Shown one piece after another: positions 39,299 to 48,125 of a DNA stretch of 64,000 nt; the first letter of the stretch is position 1; each line of letters begins with the position of its first letter. The DNA is from Coleofasciculus chthonoplastes F2-STO-03 (GTDB lineage Bacteria; Cyanobacteriota; Cyanobacteriia; Cyanobacteriales; Coleofasciculaceae), in assembly GCA_040222015.1 (NCBI GenBank), contig JAVJWO010000178.1, positions 64,001 through 128,000 on the forward strand. Direction: 5' to 3'. Made by a program: the position numbers and the translations under genes. The notes below the pieces were generated by a model. That model made no database searches. It saw nothing but the letters and a program-made list of their open reading frames with translations, and was not told where the DNA came from.

Positions 39299-40859
39299 GC
39301 TTAGATTTCTTAACCCTAAAGGTGAAGCATTGCAGGCTCCGTTAGAGTGGCAGCCCGGTTTTATAGAAATTCAAGTCCCTAAAAATAAATGGGAAGAGGT
39401 GCGGCTTTGGCGGCAGGGTGAAGAACTCTCAATCTCCCTAAAACGTTTGGCTAACAAGGCTCGAATCCTGGCTGATTGGCATCGCTCAAATACGGGTTAC
39501 TATCGTCTGCGACTTGAATATCAGGGTGAAATTGAGGAGCAGATTATCACAGTTTGGTCTCAAAAGATTAGCCGCACAGCTTTTGCTCAGATGCTAGAGG
39601 ATTTGGATGCTAGTCTCCCAACCGCAGTAGCCATAGGATTACAACGGATTGGTGCTTTAGCTAGTCTCAAATTGCCACAACCAGGTGAGACGACTTTAGC
39701 ACAGGAAATAGTTCGCCTGCGTCGAGCTATCAATGGCACAGAAAACCGACCCGGGCTTATTAATATTCTGCGTCAAATTGCTGATAACCCTTACCAAATT
39801 CTCAACACTAATGAGATTTGGGTTAGGCAAGAGCAAGTTCGCCGACCTTCTATTAGTGGGCTAGTTCAGGCTTTTAGTCGAGGACATAACCTAGATGCTA
39901 ATGGGCGACCTATTCGCGTACCTGATACACGAGTAGAACATACTATTGATGTTTATGAAAATCAGGTAGTTAAGTTGTTTTTTGAGCTAGTCAATCAAAG
40001 ACTGCGACGAGTTCGATATGTCTTTGACGCTGACCCAAGAGGTAAGCCTCTGGATGAATTAAATTCTCTGTTTGCACAACTGAAAAAGGCTCGACAGCAA
40101 GCTGCTTTTCTCGACCAGGTAAGTCAGCTTAAACGGCAACCCAATCAAATCACGATGGTTCTCTTAAAGCGCCCACCTTACCATGCCGCTTTAGAAGGGT
40201 ATCTAGAATTTATCAGAAGTCTGACAGTGCGATTGGAAGAATCACACCTCGATGCCCCTTTAAAGAATCTTCCTCATCTCTATCAGGTTTGGGGGACGCT
40301 TTGGGTAATAGAAACACTGCTGAAAGTCGCTCACCAAGAAGGATACCAGGTAGAAAAACAGTGCTTGGTGGGTCGGGATAAAAGCGGCATCTATGTACGG
40401 GTTCTACCTAATAATCAGCCAGCATTAGTTTTAATTCACCCTCAGCACCAAAGGAGAGTAAAGTTAATTCCAGAACGAACCTATGGACAAGATGGTGAAC
40501 TACGCAGCGCCAGTGTTAAACTTCGTCCTGATATAGCAGTAGAAATCGAGCGACTTGATGGTTCTCAACAGGTTTACCTTTTTGACCCTAAGTATAAACT
40601 CGATAGTGAAACACAGGACAATCTAGGTAATCAAGGAAAGCCGAAGACAGCAGATATCCAAAAAATGCATACCTATCATGACGCCATCCACGATAGAACG
40701 GGTAATCAAGTTGTGCAATATGCGGCGATTCTTTACCCGGGTTCCTATAAGTCATATTCCGGAGGAGAAATTGAGGCGCTTCCAGCCTATCCTGGAAATG
40801 AGGCTAAACTACAGCAGCACCTGTATCCTGTGTTAGAGAACGCCCTCACGGTTGTGTAA
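39276..40859 (+). CDS. McrC-like DUF2357 + PD-(D/E)XK nuclease
   Basis: TIDVYENQVVK, LYQVW, RPDI...FDPKYK, DIQKMHTYHDAI, ILYP. Overlaps the NTPase gene by 23 bp. Confidence 0.85.
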   Translation: MDLPPTSKLRFLNPKGEALQAPLEWQPGFIEIQVPKNKWEEVRLWRQGEELSISLKRLANKARILADWHRSNTGYYRLRLEYQGEIEEQIITVWSQKISRTAFAQMLEDLDASLPTAVAIGLQRIGALASLKLPQPGETTLAQEIVRLRRAINGTENRPGLINILRQIADNPYQILNTNEIWVRQEQVRRPSISGLVQAFSRGHNLDANGRPIRVPDTRVEHTIDVYENQVVKLFFELVNQRLRRVRYVFDADPRGKPLDELNSLFAQLKKARQQAAFLDQVSQLKRQPNQITMVLLKRPPYHAALEGYLEFIRSLTVRLEESHLDAPLKNLPHLYQVWGTLWVIETLLKVAHQEGYQVEKQCLVGRDKSGIYVRVLPNNQPALVLIHPQHQRRVKLIPERTYGQDGELRSASVKLRPDIAVEIERLDGSQQVYLFDPKYKLDSETQDNLGNQGKPKTADIQKMHTYHDAIHDRTGNQVVQYAAILYPGSYKSYSGGEIEALPAYPGNEAKLQQHLYPVLENALTVV

Positions 40860-40871
40860 TCGCGTGAATTC

Positions 40872-42392
40872 ATGAGTCTGGATGTAATTGTTATCGGTAG
40901 CGGAATTGGTGGATTGACGGCGGGTGCTTTACTCGCCCGTTATGGCAAACGGGTGCTAGTTTGTGAAAGCCATGGGATTCCCGGCGGTGCGGCGCATAGT
41001 TTCCACAGACGGGGGTTTGAGTTTGATTCGGGTCCTTCGTTTTATTGTGGATTAAGTCAGCAACGCCCCAGTCTTAACCCCTTACGGCAAGTTTTGGATG
41101 TGCTGGGTGAGTCGTTACAAACGGTTGGTTATGACCCCCTCGGACATTACCATTTTCCGGAAGCAACATTACCTGTGTACAGTGATACTCAAAGGTATCG
41201 AGAAGCGGTAGCCGAGATTACACCTCAAGGTGCGAAAGAATTAGCAGAGTTTGAAAAACGCCTGCTGTCTCTCTATGAAGGGTTGCGAGAGATTCCGACA
41301 ATTGCATTGCGATCGGATTGGCAGGTGATTCCTGTTTTAGTCGGACGGTATTTACCCTCCCTATTAAAATTACTGCCCCATCTGGGACTTGTCCAGAATT
41401 CTGTGGGCAAAGTCATGGATGAAACCGTGGGTGATCCCTGGGTGCGGCGGCTGATTGATGTGGAATGTTTTCTGTTATCGGGATTAAAGGCACAGGGAAC
41501 GATCGCGCCTGAGGTAGCTTTTATGTTAGGGGAACGTTCTCGTGCGGGTGTGGAGTATCCTGTTGGGGGAAGTCGGGCGATTGTGGATGCGTTGGTGCGG
41601 GGGTTAGAACGCTGGGGCGGTGAGTTACGCCTAAATGCCCATGTTGACCAAATTGTAGTCCAAGCAGGGAAAGCCGTTGGGGTACAGTTGCAACGGGGAG
41701 AGGTGGTAAACGCCCCGGTGGTGATTTCTAATGCCACAATTTGGGATACCTACAGTCAGTTATTGCGCCCAGAGGATTTACCTGCGGCGTACCGGAAACA
41801 GTCCCTAGAAACCCCAGCCGTCGAGAGTTTCATGCACCTACATTTAGGGATTCGGGCGGAGGGGTTAGACGGGTTGACGGGACATCATGTGGTGGTTCAC
41901 GATGCCAATCGGGATATTAGCGAACCGGGTAATACTTGCATGATTTCCATTCCTTCGGTATGGGATGCTAATCTCGCCCCCATCGGTCATCATGTTATTC
42001 ATGCCTATACCTTAGAACCATACCAGGGTTGGCAGCGCGATGATCAATATAAGGAGAAGAAAAAAGCGCGATCGCAATCTTTATTCCGGGCGTTAGAACG
42101 GGTGATTCCCGATATTCGAGAACGGATTACCTTAGAACTGATTGGTACGCCGTTAACTCATTCCTATTATTTACGTCGCTATCAAGGCACCTATGGTCCT
42201 GGGATTCCGGCTGGTAAAGCTATGTTTCCCAGTTGTCACACGCCGATTCCGGGATTGTATCGGGTGGGGGATAGTACAATGCCTGGAATTGGGGTTCCAG
42301 CCGTGGCGGGTTCGGGTATTCTTTGCGCGAATACCTTGGTGACACCCTCACAAACCGCTGAGTTATTGGCAGATCTGGGTAAGCAGGGGTAA
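40872..42392 (+). CDS. FAD-dependent oxidoreductase, phytoene desaturase / carotenoid isomerase-like
   Basis: VIGSGIGG, FDSGPS, GTPLTH, VGDSTMPGIGVPAVA. Confidence 0.9.
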   Translation: MSLDVIVIGSGIGGLTAGALLARYGKRVLVCESHGIPGGAAHSFHRRGFEFDSGPSFYCGLSQQRPSLNPLRQVLDVLGESLQTVGYDPLGHYHFPEATLPVYSDTQRYREAVAEITPQGAKELAEFEKRLLSLYEGLREIPTIALRSDWQVIPVLVGRYLPSLLKLLPHLGLVQNSVGKVMDETVGDPWVRRLIDVECFLLSGLKAQGTIAPEVAFMLGERSRAGVEYPVGGSRAIVDALVRGLERWGGELRLNAHVDQIVVQAGKAVGVQLQRGEVVNAPVVISNATIWDTYSQLLRPEDLPAAYRKQSLETPAVESFMHLHLGIRAEGLDGLTGHHVVVHDANRDISEPGNTCMISIPSVWDANLAPIGHHVIHAYTLEPYQGWQRDDQYKEKKKARSQSLFRALERVIPDIRERITLELIGTPLTHSYYLRRYQGTYGPGIPAGKAMFPSCHTPIPGLYRVGDSTMPGIGVPAVAGSGILCANTLVTPSQTAELLADLGKQG

Positions 42393-42424
42393 TCGTGCGA
42401 TCGCCCAATTGACTAACAGTATTC

Positions 42425-42656
42425 TAAGTAGGTTGGTGTCAATAAAGCTATCTATAGTAAGTTTAATGGCACTGACTTAAGCTGGGTTCGTAGTAGGCAC
42501 TTTAGTGCCAGAAGCGCTAAAGCGCTTACTACAAACTCTAAAGTCAGTGGCATTCATATTAAGTTATGTAAATAAACCTCAAACCGTTACAAAGGACGAA
42601 TGACAAATGACGAATGACGATCTCGACCGTTAACTTTAACTATCCCTACCTACTTA
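42425..42656. mobile_element. TAAGTAGGT...ACCTACTTA MITE-like element with nested insertions
   Basis: Same termini as 18089-18219. Contains an AATGGCACTGACTT...AAGTCAGTGGCATT element enclosing a GTAG-REP, plus an STRR. Confidence 0.75.
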
Positions 42657-43928
42657 TACTAAATGACCAGATGAGATAAAAAACCCAAGCAGAAATCCTA
42701 AAATTGTCGAAAAAACAACAGAACTGCCTCCCAGTTCATAAGCTTCCGGCATCATTGTACTCGCAACCATGGCTAAGATTGCGCCGCCAGAAATAGCCTG
42801 TGCGATCGCGACAACGACCTCAGATGTATTATTTTGTAAAAAATAACCCCCAATGGCACATAAACCACTGAGAATCACCACACCTATCCATAATCCTAAA
42901 ATCTGACTCGTTTTCGTTCCCGCTTGTTTCATTCCTGTGGCGCTGGATAAGGCTTCGGGAAAATTAGAAATAAATACCGCCAATAAAAAAGACCAGCCCA
43001 AATCGCTATTGCCGGAATTCATGCCAATCACCGCCGCTTCTGGGATATTATCAATTAATGTACCCACCAGAATAGCAAACGATGTAGACTGTTTCACTAA
43101 ATTTTCTAGGGTCATTTGATCGTCCCGGAGTAACAGATCCAGTTCAACTTGATCCATAAGCTGCTGTCGCCACCGATCTAAACGATGTTCCACAACCATG
43201 CGTGACTCTGTTGCCACTTGGAGTCGTCGGGCTAAGGCGCGACTCAGTGACCAAGCCAGATGAGGCGACCAGGTTAGCATGGTGTTGAAATGTTCCTGGT
43301 GTAACTGATACAATTCCATTTGGGTGCGAGCAACCACGGTGGCAGATCGCGGTTCTCCAGTCAGGAGTGCCATCTCACCAAATACTTCTCCAGGTCCCAT
43401 CGTACTGAGAACTTTTCTACCCTTGCGGACTTCGGCTTCACCGTCAACAATCATATAGAAATAGTCACCAGGGGTTCCGTCTTCACAGAGTACGTCTCCA
43501 GGGTTGGCGTGAATGGGATTCAGAAACAGGGCAACTCTCTGCCGTTCCTTGGGAGGTAAGTTTTGCATCACCTCAATATGGGCGATGCGATTGAGGGTAT
43601 CCGTCACCTGATCAGCACCATGTTCAACCAGGTAGCGGCGACTGGATGCTGGTTTACGCAAGAATCCGCCATGTTGGTCAATATAGGATGTCAGTCCGGT
43701 AAATAACATCCCTCCTGCCATAAACCCAATTAACAGGGGGACAAAGCCACTGTGACGATAGACCGGAATCGTAATTTCAAACGCGATCGCAGACAGTAGT
43801 GTACCACTGCCAAATGCCATAATCGTCGCGGATAAGTGGCGACTCGGTTGCCAAAAGACTCCCACTGACGCGCCCAAGGCTAAACTAGACGCGCCCAGAA
43901 TTCCTTGAAAAAAGGCTGCCGTTGGCAT
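42654..43928 (-). CDS. ZIP-family metal transporter with inserted cyclic-nucleotide-binding domain
   Basis: ZIP motifs MAFGSG, DNIPEA, SNFPEA, MMPEA. cNMP domain YMIVDGEAEV...FGEMALL...RSATV. Confidence 0.88.
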   Translation of the reverse strand: MPTAAFFQGILGASSLALGASVGVFWQPSRHLSATIMAFGSGTLLSAIAFEITIPVYRHSGFVPLLIGFMAGGMLFTGLTSYIDQHGGFLRKPASSRRYLVEHGADQVTDTLNRIAHIEVMQNLPPKERQRVALFLNPIHANPGDVLCEDGTPGDYFYMIVDGEAEVRKGRKVLSTMGPGEVFGEMALLTGEPRSATVVARTQMELYQLHQEHFNTMLTWSPHLAWSLSRALARRLQVATESRMVVEHRLDRWRQQLMDQVELDLLLRDDQMTLENLVKQSTSFAILVGTLIDNIPEAAVIGMNSGNSDLGWSFLLAVFISNFPEALSSATGMKQAGTKTSQILGLWIGVVILSGLCAIGGYFLQNNTSEVVVAIAQAISGGAILAMVASTMMPEAYELGGSSVVFSTILGFLLGFFISSGHLV

Positions 43929-44116
43929 AGGTGGCTTACGTTTTTAGGTCAGTTTTCATCCTATCGGAGAAAGGGCATCAAAGGATGTGGGATTGTCTAC
44001 AAACGTTAAACTGAGGACAGGGGTTCTGAACTGTTGCTTCTTAAATTGTAGAAAATTGTAGATATATAGTAAAATATTCAAAGGCTTCTTGGGATATTGT
44101 CGGGGGCGGCATCGTC

Positions 44117-45316
44117 ATGAAATTGGTAGAAAGACACGTCATCAACCGAAATCATGCCTACTGGCAGGAAGCCGATGAATTGGCGTTTAAGTCAAAGAAT
44201 CTGTACAATCGGGCTAACTATTTGTGCCGTCAACACTTCTTTGAAACGGGGAATCGGTATACGCTACCAACGCTCTACCATTTAGTCAAAGACAGTGAGT
44301 CTTATCGAGCAATGCCGACCAAAGTCTCGAAACAAATTATTAAAAAACTGGTGGAGAGTTGGAAATCTTATCTGGCGGCTCACCAAGACTGGTTAAAGCA
44401 CCGAGACAAATACAAGAGTGAACCCCGCATTCCTAGATACAAGGACAAAGTGAAAGGACGAAACATCGTCATTTACCATCACGAGTCCATATACAAGGCA
44501 GACCTAAAACAGGGACGCTGCCACTTATCAATGAGTAACATCAGCGTCCCCACCCAGATTCCTAACATTGCCGAGGCACGGATTGTTCCCAGTTGTAACT
44601 GCTATATTTTGGAGATTGTTTATGAGTCACCCGAAGTTTCTTTAATTAAGTCGGAGTGGGTAGCAGGGATTGATTTAGGTGTCGATAATCTGGTGGCTTT
44701 AACGTCAAACCAACCCGGTTTTCAGCCAATGTTGGTTAATGGAAGACCACTAAAGAGTCGAAACCAATACTACAACAAGCTCAAATCCCAACTCCAAAGC
44801 TATCTGAGGGGTGAAAGACGAACCAGCCAACGGATACAGGCTCTCACCTATCACCGCAATCGATTTGTGGAAAACTATCTGCACAATACTAGCCGACTAA
44901 TTGTCAACCGACTTAAACAGCAAGGTATTGGCACTCTAGTGATTGGCAAGAATGAAGGATGGAAGCAGAAGGTGAACTTAGGCAAAAGGAATAATCAAAC
45001 CTTTGTCAATATCCCTCATGCTCTTTTAATCGACCAGCTTACCTACAAGTGTGAACTGGCAGGTATCAAAGTAGTTATAATAGAGGAAAGTTACACATCC
45101 ATTACATCAGCTATTGACTTAGAGTTCCCTTGCAAGCAATCAAAATATACTGGCAGACGTGTCAAGAGAGGATTATTTAAGTCAAGTAATGGACGTGTAA
45201 TTAATGCAGACATCAATGGCAGCATCCAAATTATCCGCAAGTATCTTCCAGAGGCGTTCACCGTCGAGGGAGTAGTGAGCTGCGCCGTGGAGCCGATACT
45301 GGTCAATCCAGTGTGA
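44117..45316 (+). CDS. tnpB: TnpB-family RNA-guided nuclease (rearranged RuvC-II type)
   Basis: MKLVERH...SKNLYN, GIDLGVDN, VIGKN, EESYTS, RRVKRGLF, NADING. Confidence 0.9.
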   Translation: MKLVERHVINRNHAYWQEADELAFKSKNLYNRANYLCRQHFFETGNRYTLPTLYHLVKDSESYRAMPTKVSKQIIKKLVESWKSYLAAHQDWLKHRDKYKSEPRIPRYKDKVKGRNIVIYHHESIYKADLKQGRCHLSMSNISVPTQIPNIAEARIVPSCNCYILEIVYESPEVSLIKSEWVAGIDLGVDNLVALTSNQPGFQPMLVNGRPLKSRNQYYNKLKSQLQSYLRGERRTSQRIQALTYHRNRFVENYLHNTSRLIVNRLKQQGIGTLVIGKNEGWKQKVNLGKRNNQTFVNIPHALLIDQLTYKCELAGIKVVIIEESYTSITSAIDLEFPCKQSKYTGRRVKRGLFKSSNGRVINADINGSIQIIRKYLPEAFTVEGVVSCAVEPILVNPV

Positions 45317-45395
45317 AAGACTGAACCCATAAGTTTCTATAAGTTTAGTCTACACGGTATAACCAATTGATTTCTCTTTCAGGCATCAGATAACA

Positions 45396-45971
45396 ATGAT
45401 TGAACTCCTAGCCGTACTTTCGGTAGCAGCAGCAGTAGGAATGAGGATTGCTTTGCCTTTATTGGTGATTGGCTTGTTGCAAAGCGATAACCTCTGGAAT
45501 GAAATTCCCCTGCTGTCTCGCATTCATCCTTCGGTTTTAGTCGGTATTTTGACCACCTTCTCGTTATTTGAATTATTTGCCTCAAAGAAGTTGCTGGGAC
45601 AGCGAATCTTGCAAATCGTCCAACTCTTGTTCAGTCCTGGGGTTGGGGCGATTCTGGGTATTGCTGTCGCCCAGTTTGTTAACGCCCCTGTGGAAATTAT
45701 TTGGATTGCTGGGATAGTTAGTGGGTTATTGGCTTTTGTCCTGCAATTGGTACAAGTTGGCTGGTTTTTTCGATTGCGAGGTTTACCGTTATGGTTGGTT
45801 TTTAGCCAAGATGTTTTATGTGTGGCGTTGGTTATTTTTGCCTTTGATGCGCCTCAACAAGGGGGATTAATTGCGCTGATTCTGTTGTGGTTAGCGATTC
45901 GCAGTTCTCAACAATGGTATCGTTTATATGGGAGAAAAAATCGTTCACGGCGATATCGGCAAGTTTTGTAG
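45396..45971 (+). CDS. DUF4126 family membrane protein
   Basis: AAAVGMRIALPLL plus multiple TM segments. Confidence 0.8.
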   Translation: MIELLAVLSVAAAVGMRIALPLLVIGLLQSDNLWNEIPLLSRIHPSVLVGILTTFSLFELFASKKLLGQRILQIVQLLFSPGVGAILGIAVAQFVNAPVEIIWIAGIVSGLLAFVLQLVQVGWFFRLRGLPLWLVFSQDVLCVALVIFAFDAPQQGGLIALILLWLAIRSSQQWYRLYGRKNRSRRYRQVL

Positions 45972-46108
45972 TTTGATTTGGGGTTATATTATATCTTTTG
46001 GTATCGGAGTTATTTTTTTAACGCAGAGGTACGCAGAGGTTAACGCAGAGGGCGCAGAGGGATTAGCAGGATTTGGATGACACTGATTGGGGTTTGAGGA
46101 TGGGTTGT

Positions 46109-47551
46109 TCATGGCGGAGTTTGCGATCGCAGATGATCAGGCTTGACTCTATCCAGAATTATAGAGACTGTTTTAGCTTCAGGAGATTGCAGGCGCTGCA
46201 AGATATCTAGGGCTTGCTGTAAGTAGTTGAGGGCGATTTCAATTTCTCCTTTTTTATCCGCGAATAACTGTCCTAGCATTGCCAAGGTGACGGCTTGATT
46301 TTGAACATCACCAATGCGTTGAGTTAAGTCTTTAGACTGCTGATAAAGGGTGATCGCTTCTTCGATTTCCCCCTGTTGGACGTGAATCAATGCCAGATTG
46401 TGTAATATCGCTGCTTCTCCTTGCATATGCCCTGTGCGCCGTGCGATGTTTAAGGATTGTTGATAAAGAGTGATCGCTTCTTCCATTTCCCCCTGTTTAG
46501 CGTAGATATCTGCTAATTGGTTTAATGTTGCTGCTTCTCCTTGCATATGCCCTATACGGCGTGCAATGTTTAAGGATTGTTGATAAAGAGCGATCGCTTG
46601 TTCGATTTTCCCCTGTTTGACGTAGATAGTGGCTAAAGCATGCAACGTTGCCGCTTCTGCTTGCACGTCGCCTAAGTGCTTGGCTATGTTTAAGGATTCT
46701 TGAAAAAGAGCGATCCCTTCCTGAAATATTCCCTGGTTAAGTTGAATTATTCCTAATTCATATAATGCTGTTGCGTGAAGGGATGCTAAATTCTCATTAT
46801 CGTTGGCTAATTCTAAGGCTTGTTCCAAATGTTCCCTAGCTTTGGCAACCTCTCCCTGACTAGAATAGGCTTGTCCTAACTGAATCAAAATATTAATGCG
46901 TGTCTTAAGATGCGCCCCTGTGTCTGAATAACCCGAAGGACAATATTCCATTAACAAACGCTGGAGTAAATCAATCCGTTCTTGCTTTTCCGATAATTCC
47001 AAACTTCCCAGCATTCTATCTGAACCGATAGTTTGCTGAATCGCTTCCTCTCTGGTTAATTGTCCCGTTTCAAAATGAAACACTTTTCTACCCCACGCCC
47101 AAAAATCCGGGGCATATTTCGCCAGTCGAGTTATCGCATAATCGGGTAAAACGAACAAAATAGGATGAGGTACACTAGCTGTAAAGGCATCACGCACAAA
47201 ATTCAGGTCTTGCAGTACGTGCGGATAGTCCCCCGACATACCAATTGATTTCTCTAGACCAATAATAATTAGAACTAATTTTTTATCTTTATCTTTGGGA
47301 ATTTTATTTAATTCCTCAACAATTGCATCCCGCACAAACCGCAAATTGGGATCAGATAATTTCACTACCTCAAACTGAATTTCCTGACATTGAGGATGAG
47401 TCTTGATAATCTCAATTAAATTATCTCTATCTTTAGCAAAGTTCACCTCAACAAAGCCAATAGTTAATTTATAATCCGCAAAATCCATAAACATCACCAG
47501 TTCAGCCAATGACTGCTGATTCCGGGCAATAAAGACCTCTCGTTCTGACAT
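46109..47551 (-). CDS. TPR protein with N-terminal inactive STAND-like domain
   Basis: LQDLNFVRD...LAKYAPDFWAW N-terminal domain, followed by 40-aa TPR repeats (EAATLHALA, AIALYQQSL). Confidence 0.85.
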   Translation of the reverse strand: MSEREVFIARNQQSLAELVMFMDFADYKLTIGFVEVNFAKDRDNLIEIIKTHPQCQEIQFEVVKLSDPNLRFVRDAIVEELNKIPKDKDKKLVLIIIGLEKSIGMSGDYPHVLQDLNFVRDAFTASVPHPILFVLPDYAITRLAKYAPDFWAWGRKVFHFETGQLTREEAIQQTIGSDRMLGSLELSEKQERIDLLQRLLMEYCPSGYSDTGAHLKTRINILIQLGQAYSSQGEVAKAREHLEQALELANDNENLASLHATALYELGIIQLNQGIFQEGIALFQESLNIAKHLGDVQAEAATLHALATIYVKQGKIEQAIALYQQSLNIARRIGHMQGEAATLNQLADIYAKQGEMEEAITLYQQSLNIARRTGHMQGEAAILHNLALIHVQQGEIEEAITLYQQSKDLTQRIGDVQNQAVTLAMLGQLFADKKGEIEIALNYLQQALDILQRLQSPEAKTVSIILDRVKPDHLRSQTPP

Positions 47552-47555
47552 CTCT

Positions 47556-47883
47556 TTAGGGAGTGCTAGACGTTCGTTGGGCGAGTTGAAGGGCGTCTTG
47601 GAATGGATTGCTGTGTTTCAATACAGGATTAATATAATTCCAGCGATTCGTACCGTTATATTCCAATACTGAGGTATTGAATAACATTAACTGTCCCGTT
47701 TCATCTTTCTCAATATCCTTGGTTAAACAAACTTGCGCTAACTCCTTCAATCGCTTCCGTATTCCGTACTGCTGACAAATCCACATAATATCGTTCCACA
47801 TCTGGACCCAGCAGGGGACCCACATCACAAGCCCGAAAAGCTGTTTTCAGGGTGGTAGCGCGGTTGGGAGGGAGTGAAGTCAT
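47556..47883 (-). pseudogene. Internally deleted gene, probably a P-loop ATPase (N- and C-termini fused out of frame)
   Basis: N-terminus MTSLPPNRATTLKTAFRACDVGPL...YYVDLSAVR joined at GTTAGC to a different-frame C-terminus LMLFNTSVLEYNG...NPV. Confidence 0.72.
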
Positions 47884-48125
47884 TGGGTGAATTGAATGGC
47901 GATGCCGATTAGGGAAAATAGCGACACCTACATTTTACTCACATCTTGCACCAGGGGTAAGACTGTAAATCCCAAGTTACCTTATGGTGGACAAGAATAA
48001 CAAACGATACTATTAGAGTATTTTAGTTTATCCTTCTTACCACCCTACATAACTACGGATGTGAAAACCCGCGCAGGCGGGTTTCGTTTGTGTAGCTGCG
48101 GTTTCAACCGCTTAATAAATTCTCC

